A program made the position numbers and the translations under genes. A DNA stretch of 63,440 bases, filler included, from Octopus bimaculoides (taxonomy: Eukaryota), in the NCBI RefSeq assembly GCF_001194135.2. It is 5 parts of 5 records of this genome, joined end to end, with 100 filler letters (N's around TTAATTAATTAA, not from the genome) between each part and the next. Parts side by side here need not be neighbours in the genome. Positions count along the whole stretch, not along the records: positions 1 to 16,278 come from NC_068989.1; positions 16,379 to 35,851 come from NC_068985.1; 3 more parts are not named here. The stretch is one strand, 5' to 3'. Positions 13,301 to 25,129 of the stretch are shown here, piece after piece. A model generated the notes under the pieces. That model was not told where the DNA came from. It saw nothing but the letters and a program-made list of their open reading frames with translations, and made no database searches. Position 1 is the first letter of the stretch; every line of letters begins with the position of its first letter.

Positions 13301-13600
13301 TTTCTGTCTCTTGATCAGTCTCAGGTTTAGATTGCACAATAGGAACTGCATAAACTTTATCACCTGCAATATCATTGCCTAACAAAAGATTCACATCATC
13401 AATAGGTAAAGTAGTAACTAATCCAACAGTAACTGGACCTACTACATATTTACAATCTAAGTGAACTTGATACAAAGGAATGGAATCATATCCTGCAGTA
13501 ACACCTTTAATTAATGCTTCCTTTCCTAATGATGTCAGTATGCTAATAGGTATAGCATCATGCTTCAAGAGAGTTTGTTCTGCACCAGTCTATAAAAAGT
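10325..13600 (-). pseudogene. Gypsy pol: protease, integrase, RT (partly in gap), RNase H
   Basis: (D)TGAEQTLL; HDIPLAGHLG...RTC; IDVVGPL, IQSDQGSNF, GALERYH; YSSPAVVIPKPD, LDLRKGYYQV; PFSLMTDTS, YSALEKEC, ADALSR. Confidence 0.9.
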
Positions 13601-13750
13601 GTTACAGACTTAGGGGTAGACGAACTGTCAGAAGTAGCATCAATACTAGAACTATCCACAACTGAAGTCATAACTAAATCTGCAGTATCAGAAACACCCA
13701 CATTCGGGTCCAAATTAATCTTAGACAAAACTCCTATGCCCGAAAAACAC

Positions 13751-14873
13751 TTAAAACCTAATGGAGCAGCTACCTACAACATTTAAATCACAACACTTAA
13801 AAGCTGCTATAAGAACAGCACGATCCCTAGACTGACCAGCTTGAGCTGCCTCCTTAGCCTTTAACTTTCTACAATCAGCAATTAAGTGTCCGGGAGTCTT
13901 ACAGTAATGGCAGGATTTAGAAGAAGCACTATACTGAGCCTTCTGCTGCTTCTGACCTACTTCTGTTTTCTGAGTAACACTATCTGACTTGATAAACTGT
14001 TTTTTATTGTCATTCTTTTGTTGACGATTGCCGTGAATCAATGCATACTCATCTGCAAGTTTTGCTGCTTCAGCTAAAGTATCAACCTGTCTTTCAGCTA
14101 CAAAAACTCTCATGTCATCGGGAGACTTATTCAAGAACTCTTCTATCAATATCAACTCTTCCAACTGACCGAAAGTATCTACTTTTTTTTTTAGACCTAA
14201 GCCACTTATCTCACACCACTTTTTTTTTCCTAGCGAATTCTATGTAAGAGTCAGAGAAATTTTTCCAAGCTTGCTTAAACTTTTGCCGGTGCACTTCACC
14301 TACCTGTTCATGACAATCCAATATCTTCTGTTTCAGTAAGTCATAATCTTTGCAATCAACTACACTCACAACAGAATAGACCTCTAAACTTTTCCCAGTA
14401 AGTTGAGTTTGGAGTAGTATTGACCACTTAGTTTTAGGCCATTTCAATAACTCAACTGTTTTCTCAAAAGCTAAGAAATAATTATCCAAATCACTATCCC
14501 GGAATCTAGGAACGAATTTACTAGCACTAGCAATGTTAACGCGTTTAGATGGAGTAGCAATATTAGCCTCCTCAAACTCAGAATTAATTTGATTCGCTTT
14601 TAATTCTAGTTCTCACACTTGAACTTCATAGGCCTGCTTCTCTCTACCGGCGGCAAGTTTTTCTTGTTCTAAACTAATTTGCAGTCTTAACTTTTCATGT
14701 TCATTAGCCATCATTCTTTCACTAGCTGATAACTGAGGGGCGGCGGAATCAGAGTTTGTCTCATCACCGATGGCAGACATTTTACCCTCAACAATTAGGG
14801 CTTGTTTCACATCCGAAAAAAATACACTTTTAAGATTACTTGCAGATACCTCTAAACTAAGTTGATCACTCAC
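13751..14873 (-). pseudogene. Gypsy gag with SCAN-like capsid segment and CCHC knuckle
   Basis: YFLAFEK...WPKTKWSILLQTQLTGK; HRQKFK; ELILIEEFL...TLAEAAKLADEY; CHYCKTPGHLIADC. Confidence 0.85.
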
Positions 14874-15108
14874 CTCTTACAAGCGCATCTTTGTTTACTT
14901 ACTGCAGTTCCCTCAAAGTGATGGTATCTTTCTGCAGTAAAGCTTTTGCCATGGTGCACTCCATGACTACCGTAGTTTACAATATGGTAAGACACCCGTT
15001 AAAACAGGTTCACATATAATATCACATTGGTAATATTTGACAAAAGGATCTTTAACAATTTTACAATAATTTTTTTTTAAAGAAAATATTGGTATGTACA
15101 ACTGTTCG

Positions 15109-15127
15109 AATCCCGGATGAGCCCCCA
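15109..15127 (-). promoter_or_regulatory. Primer-binding site complementary to tRNA-Pro
   Basis: TGGGGGCTCATCCGGGATT, 3 nt after the 5' LTR. One mismatch to the canonical tRNA-Pro PBS TGGGGGCTCGTCCGGGATT. Confidence 0.85.
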
Positions 15128-15130
15128 GTT

Positions 15131-15809
15131 TGTTACGACCTGGTGGCCGTAACCCGAATTTACAAAATCAACGAGGATAGGGTGAACCCAAAACAACAAC
15201 ACACCACGAAGTCTTTTGTAAAATATTATCAACAATTGTCAGCATAAAAAACCCCAGCCCACATACAAAACAAAATAAACCAATGCCACACCAGACGTGC
15301 AGTCAAAATATTTACAAAAGTAACATATATATACAGTTCAGAAATTCGGATTCAGAATCCTGACTTCACTGACTTGATTTCACAAACTTGGATCCGTAAC
15401 TCTGGATTCGCAAATTATTGTTTCACCAAAATTGGCCTCACAGAAAAACTGGCCTCACAAATTTGGTTTTCAAAAAATATGGATTCCAAAAATTTGGATT
15501 TTATAAAGTCCATTTTAGTACAAATTCGGTTTTCGAACTTTAGACCCACATGTGACACAGAAATTATTTTAAAACTGACAAGCAAAAAGTTCTGGCGAAT
15601 TCCTGGAGCATAAAATAATTCCAGAAATGCCTAACACAAAGCACAAAGTGCATAAATTAAACAGGCAATCATAGCTTCCAGGATCCAATTAAACCTTGTC
15701 CCACAGAAAAAAACTGTCACAAAAAACTGGGGGTACAATTATCTCTGCTTATAAAGGTTTGTCAAGGTCTAGCTAATTTGTTTTAGTTTCACAGTTTTGG
15801 CTAATAACA
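15131..15809 (-). repeat. 5' LTR (679 bp)
   Basis: TGTTACGACC...GCTAATAACA. About 5 mismatches in the first 60 nt versus the other LTR. Confidence 0.92.
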
Positions 15810-16231
15810 CATGTGCATATGTATATGTATAAATGTGTGTGTTAATTTCGCATGTAGGCATGTATGCATGTGTAAATTTGTATGTTCTTTTGTGCTTGCG
15901 CATGAATGTATTTTATGTCTTTGTCTACATGTAGGTGTGTATGTATACTTGTTTTGTCTGTTATTGCATGTTTTTTGTGTATGGATACATTAACACACAC
16001 GCATATACGTGTTTATATCTGTGTATATATATGTGTGTGTATTTCTATATGTTTTTTTATATATGTTTTTGCTTTGGTGTATCTACATGTACATATGCGT
16101 CTTTTTGTTTTCTGTTTGGGTGGATGTGTATATATTATGTTTTAGATGTATATCGTATGTGTATAAATGTGTGTGTTAATTCCGTGTATATGTGTGTGTA
16201 TATATATATATATATGTGTGTGTATACATAC

Positions 16232-16278
<47 letters not shown>

Positions 16279-16322
16279 NNNNNNNNNNNNNNNNNNNNNN
16301 NNNNNNNNNNNNNNNNNNNNNN

Positions 16323-16334
16323 TTAATTAATTAA
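16323..16334. other. Artificial assembly linker TTAATTAATTAA between N runs (also 35896-35907, 58645-58656, 61996-62007)
   Basis: Identical 12-mer with stops in all six frames, always embedded in N blocks. Confidence 0.9.
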
Positions 16335-16409
16335 NNNNNNNNNNNNNNNNNNNNNNNNNNNNNNNNNNNNNNNNNNNNTATATATATATATATATATATA
16401 TATATAGAT

Positions 16410-18208
16410 TGGTTGAATTCAATCAAAGATAAGAATTATACCAAATTCATACAGTTTGACATTTCCAGTTTCTACTCCTCTATTAACCCTATTATCCTTA
16501 ACAAAGCGCTTTGGTTTGCACACAATAAAGCAGGTCTTTCTAGGGATGAAATTAATGTAATTTTAGCGGCCCGTAAATCTATCAGTAAATTTAACAATAA
16601 ACTTTGGATCCGTAAGGATACTCCGGAGGTTTTTGATGTTCGTATGTGAAGTTCAGACTCAGCTCAAATCGCTGATGTGGTCTGTTCGTATGTATTGTAT
16701 GAAATGGCAGACCAGTTTCCTAATATAAAGGGAGGTCTTTATAGGGACGATTTTCTGCTATACCCCCATAAGGCCTCTGCACAGAGTATACAAAAAGTTA
16801 AAAATAGATTAGCCAGATCCTTCAAAACAATGGGCTTTAGCATTGTTTTTCAAGATGAGGTCTGTGTAGCAAACTTTCTGAACGTTACCTTAGACTTACA
16901 TAGTAACACTCATTTCCCATCCCATAAACCTTCAACTAATCTGAAGTACATAAGCCCCTTTAGTAACCATCCAAGACATATAACCAGTAATTTCGTTAGG
17001 AATATCTCTATTAGGCTTTCCAAACTTTCTTCTAACTCCCACATTTTCAATAAGGAGGCTGACTTCTATAATTCATCCTTACTAAGGGCTGGCTATAAGG
17101 AAAAGGTAGGGTACATCAACTCTTCTAGCGATCTTTCTCCTTCTACACAACATGATACCCCCTTTACTAGCGTAGATGAACGCATTTCTATTCCTTCCCA
17201 TTCTTCTCACTTTACTGAGAAAGTGGGTCATCATCTTAACTCACATAAGAGAAGTATCCCAACTGGACCTAAATACTTTAACAAATTCAAAAATCCTTGC
17301 TTATTTAACCACTCTAATACTGCATCTAGATCTGTTGATAATAATAAGANNNNNNNNNNAATACTGCATCTAGATCTGTTGATAATAATAAGAATATCTC
17401 GCTCATCCTCCCGTTTGGGAAGCAGGTTAAATCAGATTTAGTCCGGCAGTTCCAAGACGCGGTGAGTAGGAACTTCCCTAAAGGTTCTCACTATTGCCCA
17501 ATTATCAACTCGCATAAGGTTAGATTTGGGTTTTCGAACACTAAAAATTTGTTACAGATTATATCTTCCCATAATCTCAGGTTTTTGGATTCTTCTCTAG
17601 ACGGCCATCCTAGATATGATCGTAATATTAGTAATGTTCATACCTGTAACAATAATAATTACTCCAATAATTTAACGCACACAAATGATGGCATTAGTCA
17701 TTCAGATATTAGTATAGGTAGTATGTCCACTATTGGGAATCATAAAAATATCTGTAACATTAGTAAGATTAGTAATAAGATTAGCATCTCGGAATTAAAC
17801 CCTAATAGAATCAGATTTTTGAGTGCGAATTCAAGGAGCAAAAATGTAGTGTATCAATGCAAGGTAACATCTAACGCTGATGTCTCATATTACGTAGGTA
17901 GTTCATCGACACAGGTATCCAAGAGAATCTCGAATCATTATTCGTCGTTTAGAGATAGAAATAAAGCTAGCACTACCGGCCTAAGTAAATTTATTTGGGA
18001 ACTGAAGGATTGCAATAAGCAATTCTCTTTGGAATAGTCCATACTGGCCACCTCAGTTCCCTATGAAAAGGGGAGGGAATTCTGCCCTCTTTGTAACTTG
18101 GAGCTTTTTTATGTCCTGTTCTCCAAGAATTGCCTAGTTAACCAAATAACTCAGAGGGCGTACCGCTGTCAGTACTTCAAGAAACATACCTTCTTTTATT
18201 ACCGTTAG
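16410..18208 (+). mobile_element. Penelope-like retroelement (YRDD-type RT plus C-terminal GIY-YIG endonuclease), 5'-truncated
   Basis: FIQFDISSFYSSI; (G)SSDSAQIAD; GGLYRDD; ANFLNVTLDL; NVVYQC...YYVGSS...RISNH...LSKFIWELK; CPLCNLE. Confidence 0.88.
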
Positions 18209-18478
18209 CTCCATCATTTCTACTAGGTTAGGTTTTAAGCATTATTATTATTATAGTTATTATTATTATTATTTCTCAACAAAACACCCTGTACTTCGTT
18301 TTTTCATTGATTAGCGCTAACATATGTGTATTAATATATAGCAGGGTAATGGTGTTTCATCTATTATGTTNNNNNNNNNNGGGGTGTATGTATATATGTT
18401 TATGTGTGTATATATATATATGTGTATATATATATACATATATATGTGTTTATGTATATACATGTATACATAGGTATG

Positions 18479-18539
<61 letters not shown>

Positions 18540-18954
18540 ATGCACGTGCACGCACATATTTGTACACATGTATATACGCGCACGCACACACATATACAAA
18601 CCTCACTAGGCTACGATGTTTCATTTATTTTAATTTTTATTTTTATTCACTTTCTTCTCTACATATAAATTTGTTATTAGTTTCCCTTATATGATGTACT
18701 ACCTTAGTTCCCTCCCTTCCTCCTTTTTTGACTCAGCAATTAACTCTCAAATTTTAACAGAACTACAACATATTTGTCTTTCTCCCCCTATTTAAATAAC
18801 TCTCTGAGTTTAACCTTTAGCATCACGTTTACAACCCCCTCCCTTTATATCTCTATGTAAACAAACCTTCTAACGGTCACTGACCATGTAACATCTCTGT
18901 TCGTAAGTTACCTCATCATTTCGTTTTTGTCTTGCTATTATATGTTTTATAATG

Positions 18955-19045
18955 AACTCCCTGAAGAGAAATATATGAGGAACCCCAGCAGCTCTTTCTA
19001 CTTTGTGGAAGTCATCTCATTTATTTTGAAACATGTGTAGGAATT
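18955..19045 (+). ncRNA. Candidate type I hammerhead ribozyme in the PLE 3' region
   Basis: AACTCC-CTGAAGA-[GAAATATATGAG...CTCATTTATTTT stem II]-GAAA-CATGT-GTA^GGAATT. Stem I pairs 5 of 6; stem III is self-complementary with one G-U. Confidence 0.55.
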
Positions 19046-19256
19046 AAAGGAACTTTTATTGACATGCGTTTTGCTCCATTTATTATTATTATTATCTATT
19101 TGTTCTCAAAATGTATCACTTTAACTTGGTATCTCTACCTGTAAAACGGCTGTGATATCTTGTTTTTCAGTGTAATTTTGCTACCTCTGGTAACTATTAA
19201 CGTACTTAAATTATCAAAGGTTTTAATAACTGAGATAATATCAATATATACATAAA

Positions 19257-19324
<68 letters not shown>

Positions 19325-19327
<3 letters not shown>

Positions 19328-20170
19328 TGGGTCATCTTATAAATAATGCGGTTTTTCGATTGCATGAACTAAATGTCGTAGTAGGACGGGATAAACTACC
19401 TGCATCAACTTGCTATAAAAGCAGGCAGGTAGTAATTTTACCTAGTACTTGTTCTTAGTGCAAGTTTTGAAGAGTGCAGTTCAATTTTAACAGTTATATT
19501 TTCAAAGCTACAATAGAAGTGACAATGGAACATATTCGGTATATGTTGCTTTTTAAGTTCAATAAAGGCAACAAGGCAACGGAATGCCGAGGAACATTAA
19601 TGCAGTATATGAGGATCGGACAATAAGCTTAAAGTCAATGTCATCGGTGGTTCCAGAAATTCTGAGCCGGAAGCTACAGCTTTCAAGTAACGCCTCGTCC
19701 TGGAAGATCTGTAGAGCTCGACGGGAGCGTTATGCAAACCCTTGTAGAAAAAAATTCCATCGTAACTGTTGAGGAACTAGCAGAGAAGATGGGATTTGGT
19801 CATTCAACCATTTCTTGATGTCTGTGTGCCATCGGAAATGGCTGAAAATTGGGTCAATGGGTTCCTCGCAAACTTTCCGATTTTAATCGCTTGTAGGGAA
19901 TGAACGTGTGTCACGTCTCACGAATGAACCTTTTTTGGACCGAAACCAAACGATATCAAAGTACGTCTACTGCGAGAAGCTTGAGCGGTTTCTGTCAGTG
20001 CTAGGAGAAAAATGACCATCTTTGGTTTTAAGACGAAAGGTGTTCTTCCATCAGGATAATGTTTGGCCGCATACAAGCAGGATAACATTCGAAAGGCTGG
20101 AGCAGTTTGAATGGGAGACGATGTGCCACCCACCATATCCGCCGGACATTGCACCATCTGATAAACCTTT
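19325..20170 (+). mobile_element. Mariner transposon remnant (left TIR plus deleted transposase)
   Basis: TIR-like TATTGGGTCATCTTATAAATAATGCGGTTTTT. HTH region EHIRYMLLFKFNKG, PRPGRS, WVP motif, HQDNVWPH, HPPYPPDIAPSD. Confidence 0.85.
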
Positions 20171-20180
20171 AATTCCACAG

Positions 20181-20270
<90 letters not shown>

Positions 20271-20286
20271 TTATTATAATTACCCA

Positions 20287-20542
20287 TAAATATAAATAAT
20301 TGATAATAACAACAACAAATATATTAGTGCCCAGTAAGCAATAATAGCGTTAAATTGCTATACGATAAAAATTATAATTATAATAGAGGATACCCGAAGT
20401 ACTATCTTGCTAGATATAAAAGTTAAAATCCTCAAATAAGACACCAATCACACTGAAATTTAACGCTATTGTTGCTCGCTGGCCACTAATATTATTGCTG
20501 GCCGATAATATTATTGTTGTTATTATCAATTATTTATATTTA
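20287..20542. mobile_element. AT-rich foldback/MITE with ~70-bp TIRs and TA ends
   Basis: 20287-20356 is the reverse complement of 20457-20542, apart from a ~17-bp duplication in the right arm. Confidence 0.7.
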
Positions 20543-20563
20543 GTGCTGCTGATAATAATAATA

Positions 20564-20648
<85 letters not shown>

Positions 20649-20949
20649 TGATGATAAACAAGAATAAACTCCCAACAAAATGAACAAAATCCACATTTGC
20701 CATAGAAGGCCAATACCCGACAGAAGAACACAATGAGCGCTACACAAACAACACACAAGATAAACACTAATACAATTGAAGACTCAAACTAAACCCCATA
20801 ACAAAACGTACTGATACAATACAGTATCCCCCACCAAAACAAATGCAGCACACACCATCCCAGCAGCACAATGGTGCAACAAATGATGCAATAGAAAGTT
20901 GCTTGAAACATTCAGATATCGAAAAATAATGGTGGTGATGACGATGGTG

Positions 20950-23900
20950 AAGAGTGTTGCCCTACTTCAGTTTATGAGAGACAGGAGTTTCCAAAAACTC
21001 TGGTTGTAACAGCGAAAATGAAGCTGGATCTTTAAGGCAGTGGACCAGTATAGATGCAGACTGCCTACAGCTGTCATCCTAATACAGGAACATCAGACAA
21101 TAGAGCAAGGAGGAGGAAGTGGACCAGCAAAGAAAACAGGATAGTGATACAGTGCTACTTAGAAAGTGAAACTAAATGAAGGGGCAATAGAAAACGAATA
21201 TTAACACTTTGGGTAGAGAAATGTATGTTTAAATTGACTGAGCAGAGATTAAGTGATCAGGCTAATGCTATTATGAGAAGAAAGTGGATGACAGAATTGG
21301 AGGTGGAAGAGATCACAAGGGAACTGGAAAAGAAAGACCAACATAGATACATCTGAAACCAAAGAAGAACCTAAAGAAAAGAAATAATAGTGCTACCAAA
21401 AAGGAAGGGACAACTGGCACCAACGACTTAATTGATTTAAGTGAGGTAGATCAGAAGATTTTAGATGAGTTAGAGGAAGTAATGAGTAAAGAAGTAAGAA
21501 AATGATTACCAGCATTAAAAGGCATCAGCAGAACGAAGCTACAAGAAATGACTAGGAAAGCAGAAAGTGTCAGTAGGATAGATACTAAAAATATAGAAGA
21601 CACTAACTTATTCATCTATGAAGGAGGGGTAGCTGTTACCAGAAGATTTGATATCTCACAGGGATGGATTAAAAAAGAGCAAATGTGGAAAAGGAGATTA
21701 CAAAATAAGGTGAAGTGTTTAAGACACGATCTAAGTAAAATAGAAACATGGAAACTGAACAAGTTAGGAAACACAAGATGCAAATCTTCCATCAAGAAAC
21801 GATATTTAGTCAAAGAGAAAGGATTTGGGACAGTAATAGAATAGTTAAAACAGCGTATAATAACAGTGGCAGGAAAGCTCTCAGATATCAGAAAAGAAAA
21901 GATCAGTATCAACAGAATAGATTATTTGTGACAGACCAGATGCGATTTTATAATCAAATAAATAATGGAGAATGACGTACTGAAGATGGAAAATCTAATG
22001 CAGAGGAAGCTAGAAGGTTCTGGAGTAATGTTTGGGATAAACCACTCAATCATAATGGAGATGCAGTATGGTTAAAGAAAGTGAAGGAAGAAATAGTAAG
22101 CGAGAAGCAACCAGATCTAAGATTAACTAGTGTAGTAATGAGTAGAATGTTAGGAAAATGCCGAATTGGAAGAGTCCAGGACCAGATATATTTCAAAGGT
22201 ACTCGCTAAAGAAATTCAGTAGTTTACATGATCGCCTGAGAGTACAACTTCAGGATTGGATTGCCATAATGGAGGAATAATATCAAAATGGATGATTAGA
22301 GAGAGGAAAATACTCATTATGAAGTATAAGATCAAGGGTAATACAGCTAACAACTATAGACCAATCATTTACTTACCATTAGTGTGGAAGCTGTTAATAA
22401 GAATGCTTTTAGAAAGCATTTACGAGCACATTGACAACCAGAGAAAGGTTGCAGGAAGAAGGCTAGAGGAACGCATGATCTAATATATATAGACAAACCC
22501 GTTCTAATTGAAGTAAAAGCTAGAAAGAAAAATCTAACAATAGAATAGATAGAAGACATGAGATCCTATGACATAATCCCACACTCATGGATAAGTGAAT
22601 GTTGGAGTATGCTCAGCATAGCAGACAACATAAGAGAATTCATTAGCTTTAGCATGCAGAAATGGAAAGTAGATCTATACTCAGGTAACACACTCGTAGG
22701 GAAAGTTAATATCAGAAGAGGAATTTTCCACGGAGAATCGTTTCCCCATTAATATTTGTTCTATGTTTGATCCTCCTCAGGTTAGTATTAATGAAGGCAA
22801 ATGCAGGGTATCAGTCCAGAAATATTAATGGAAAAATTAACCATTTGCTTTACATGCATGATCTGAAGGTTTTTAGTAAGAATGCAAAAGAGACAGATTC
22901 ATTACTACAGATTGTATGACTCTTCACCAAAGATATAAGCATGGAATTTGGCATAGATAAGTGTGCAATAGTAGTCAATCGAAGGGGACAGGTAGTCAAC
23001 AGCGAAAGCATCCAATTACCACATGGCCAGAAATTAAAATCATTGAAAAGAGGAGAGAGTTATAAGTATCTAGGAGTATTAGAATCTGGCCGAGTACTAA
23101 CCTTAGAAATGAAAACGAAAATGGAGAAGGAGTACATCAGAAGGGTGAGGAAGCTTATAAAGTCAAAGCTAAATAGTCTGAATGTAGTAAAGGCTGTAAA
23201 TACGTGGATAGTATCATTGCTTAGATACTCAGCGGCTTTTGTAGATTAGGAAAAATCTAAATTAGCAAGGCCAGACAGAAGAACTAGGAAAGAATTCAAT
23301 ATGAATTAAGGACTCCACAAAAAGACAGGAAAGGAAGGAAGGTGGTAGAGAGTTAACATCAGTGGAAGACTTCGTGGAGTTAGCTAGAGTAGATATAGAA
23401 TCTTATATAGGTAATAGTGATGAAAGTTTATTAAAAGTTTCTAGAGGCACATCAAGATAGAGGGAAACCAAAACACCAAACGAACTTAAATATCAGAGAA
23501 AAGAACAGAAATTATCTGACTGGCAGGAGAAGGCGTTGCATCGTAGATTTCCAAAGATAGTTTCAACAAATAGTTGTAGCGAGACATGACTACGGCTGCA
23601 GAAGGGAAAGCTGAAGAGGGAGGCCAAAAGTTTGTTAATAACTGCACAAGATCAAGCATTAAGGACTAATTGGATAAAAGTCTAAATAGACAAAACCAAG
23701 AAAATGCCCTATGTAAAATATCCAAATCAAAAGAGGTGAATGCAGCATGCTGGCACAGAAAGAATACAAGAAAAGACATGGCAATCTAGGGAGAGTAATC
23801 CACTGGGTGCTTTTAGAAAGCTAGGATTTGAATATACTGATAAATGGTATGAACATGAACCTAGTAAAGTACTAGAAAGTTAGAAGTACAAGATGTTGTG

Positions 23901-24350
23901 TGACTTTAACATTCAGACTGACAGAGTAATAGAAGCTAGAAGGCCTTATTTGGTAGTAATAGATAAATAAAATAGACAATGCTAGATAATTTACATAACA
24001 GTCCCAGAAGATGAAAATATTAACAGTATAGATACAAATAGAAGTATAGAAAAAACAGTAAAGTACCAGGGCCTGGCTATTGAATTACAGACACTACGGA
24101 ATGTGCAGGTAAAATGTATCCCATTAGATATAGGTGCATTGAGAACTACCACTAAATATCTGAACAAGTGGATAGAGTGATTAGCCATAAAACCCAGTTT
24201 AGTATAGCTGAAGAAAACAGTGTTATTAGGCGGGTTCTTGGTATCTAACGTTACTTACTGAAACCAGATAGGAGGGTTCTTGGCATCTAAAGCAACTTGT
24301 TGTTGGCCGATGTTAGGATTCTTTTCTTCTCCAACAGTTTAATCTGGTGA
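20950..24350 (+). mobile_element. R4/Dong-clade non-LTR retrotransposon (RT plus restriction-like endonuclease), near full length, decayed
   Basis: RRKWTSKEN...EQRLSDQ; NYRPI; PHSWI; IRRGIF; YM(H)DLK; MEFGIDKC; AQDQALRTN; CDFNIQTDRVIEARRP(Y)LVVIDK. Followed by (ATT)n/(AAT)n. Confidence 0.88.
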
Positions 24351-24363
24351 GTGTATATGCATA

Positions 24364-24364
24364 A

Positions 24365-24460
<96 letters not shown>
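24364..24460. repeat. Directly abutting (ATT)n and (AAT)n forming a perfect inverted microsatellite
   Basis: About 12 ATT units meet about 20 AAT units at TTAA near 24401. Confidence 0.9.
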
Positions 24461-24462
<2 letters not shown>

Positions 24463-24627
24463 GTGATAATAACAATATCTATATGAATATTCATTTGAAT
24501 ATTTACTCATTTATATGTATATATAGATATATTATGCACTGAACTTCTTTTGAATTTTGCGCGGAACTATTCAACGATTAACGGATTCAGAGAGGCGAGT
24601 TGGATTTTTCATATTAGGTATAGTGAG

Positions 24628-24680
24628 ACCTGCTGAGGAGGATTAAGGCTTTGTCCAGAATTCGAAATCATGATCCAGGT
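24628..24680 (+). ncRNA. Minimal type I hammerhead ribozyme (PLE-type, palindromic stem III)
   Basis: ACCTG-CTGAGGA-GGATT...AATTC-GAAA-TCATGA-TC^CAGGT. Intact core, 5-bp stems I and II, palindrome ATCATGAT, predicted cleavage after AUC at 24675. Confidence 0.75.
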
Positions 24681-24824
24681 ATATCCAGCTTTAAACTGAG
24701 TTTGTTACATTTTTGCTCCTTCGATGAACTTCTGCTGGTCTGTTACGTTTTTCAATGTGAGTGGTGGCTTGTTTCACGATTTTAACTCATATCTGGTACT
24801 TCGTGTGCTATCTATTATAATTAC

Positions 24825-24859
<35 letters not shown>

Positions 24860-25129
24860 CACACACATACACACACACATACACACACACACACACAAAC
24901 ACACACCCACACACTCAAACACACACATATATATATACACACATATATATATATACACACACATATATATAAGTATATATACATATACATACATACACAC
25001 ATACATATGCATATATATTCACGTGTATACATGCACACACATAATACATGTGCATACATTTATACTCGTCAATATGTACACAAAGACTGATATCCATAAT
25101 TGTATATATATATATATATTCTACAAGTA

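Larger units (their letters stand above)
9320..15809 (-). mobile_element. Ty3/Gypsy LTR retrotransposon, Gmr1-like (integrase upstream of RT), decayed
   Basis: Two TG...CA LTRs, PBS, PPT; domain order gag-protease-integrase-RT-RNase H. Confidence 0.92.

Noticed and set aside
16647-16649. In-frame TGA in the Penelope-like RT as possible selenocysteine
   Set aside because: The paralogous copy has GGA (MGSSDS) at this position, so it is a simple nonsense mutation.
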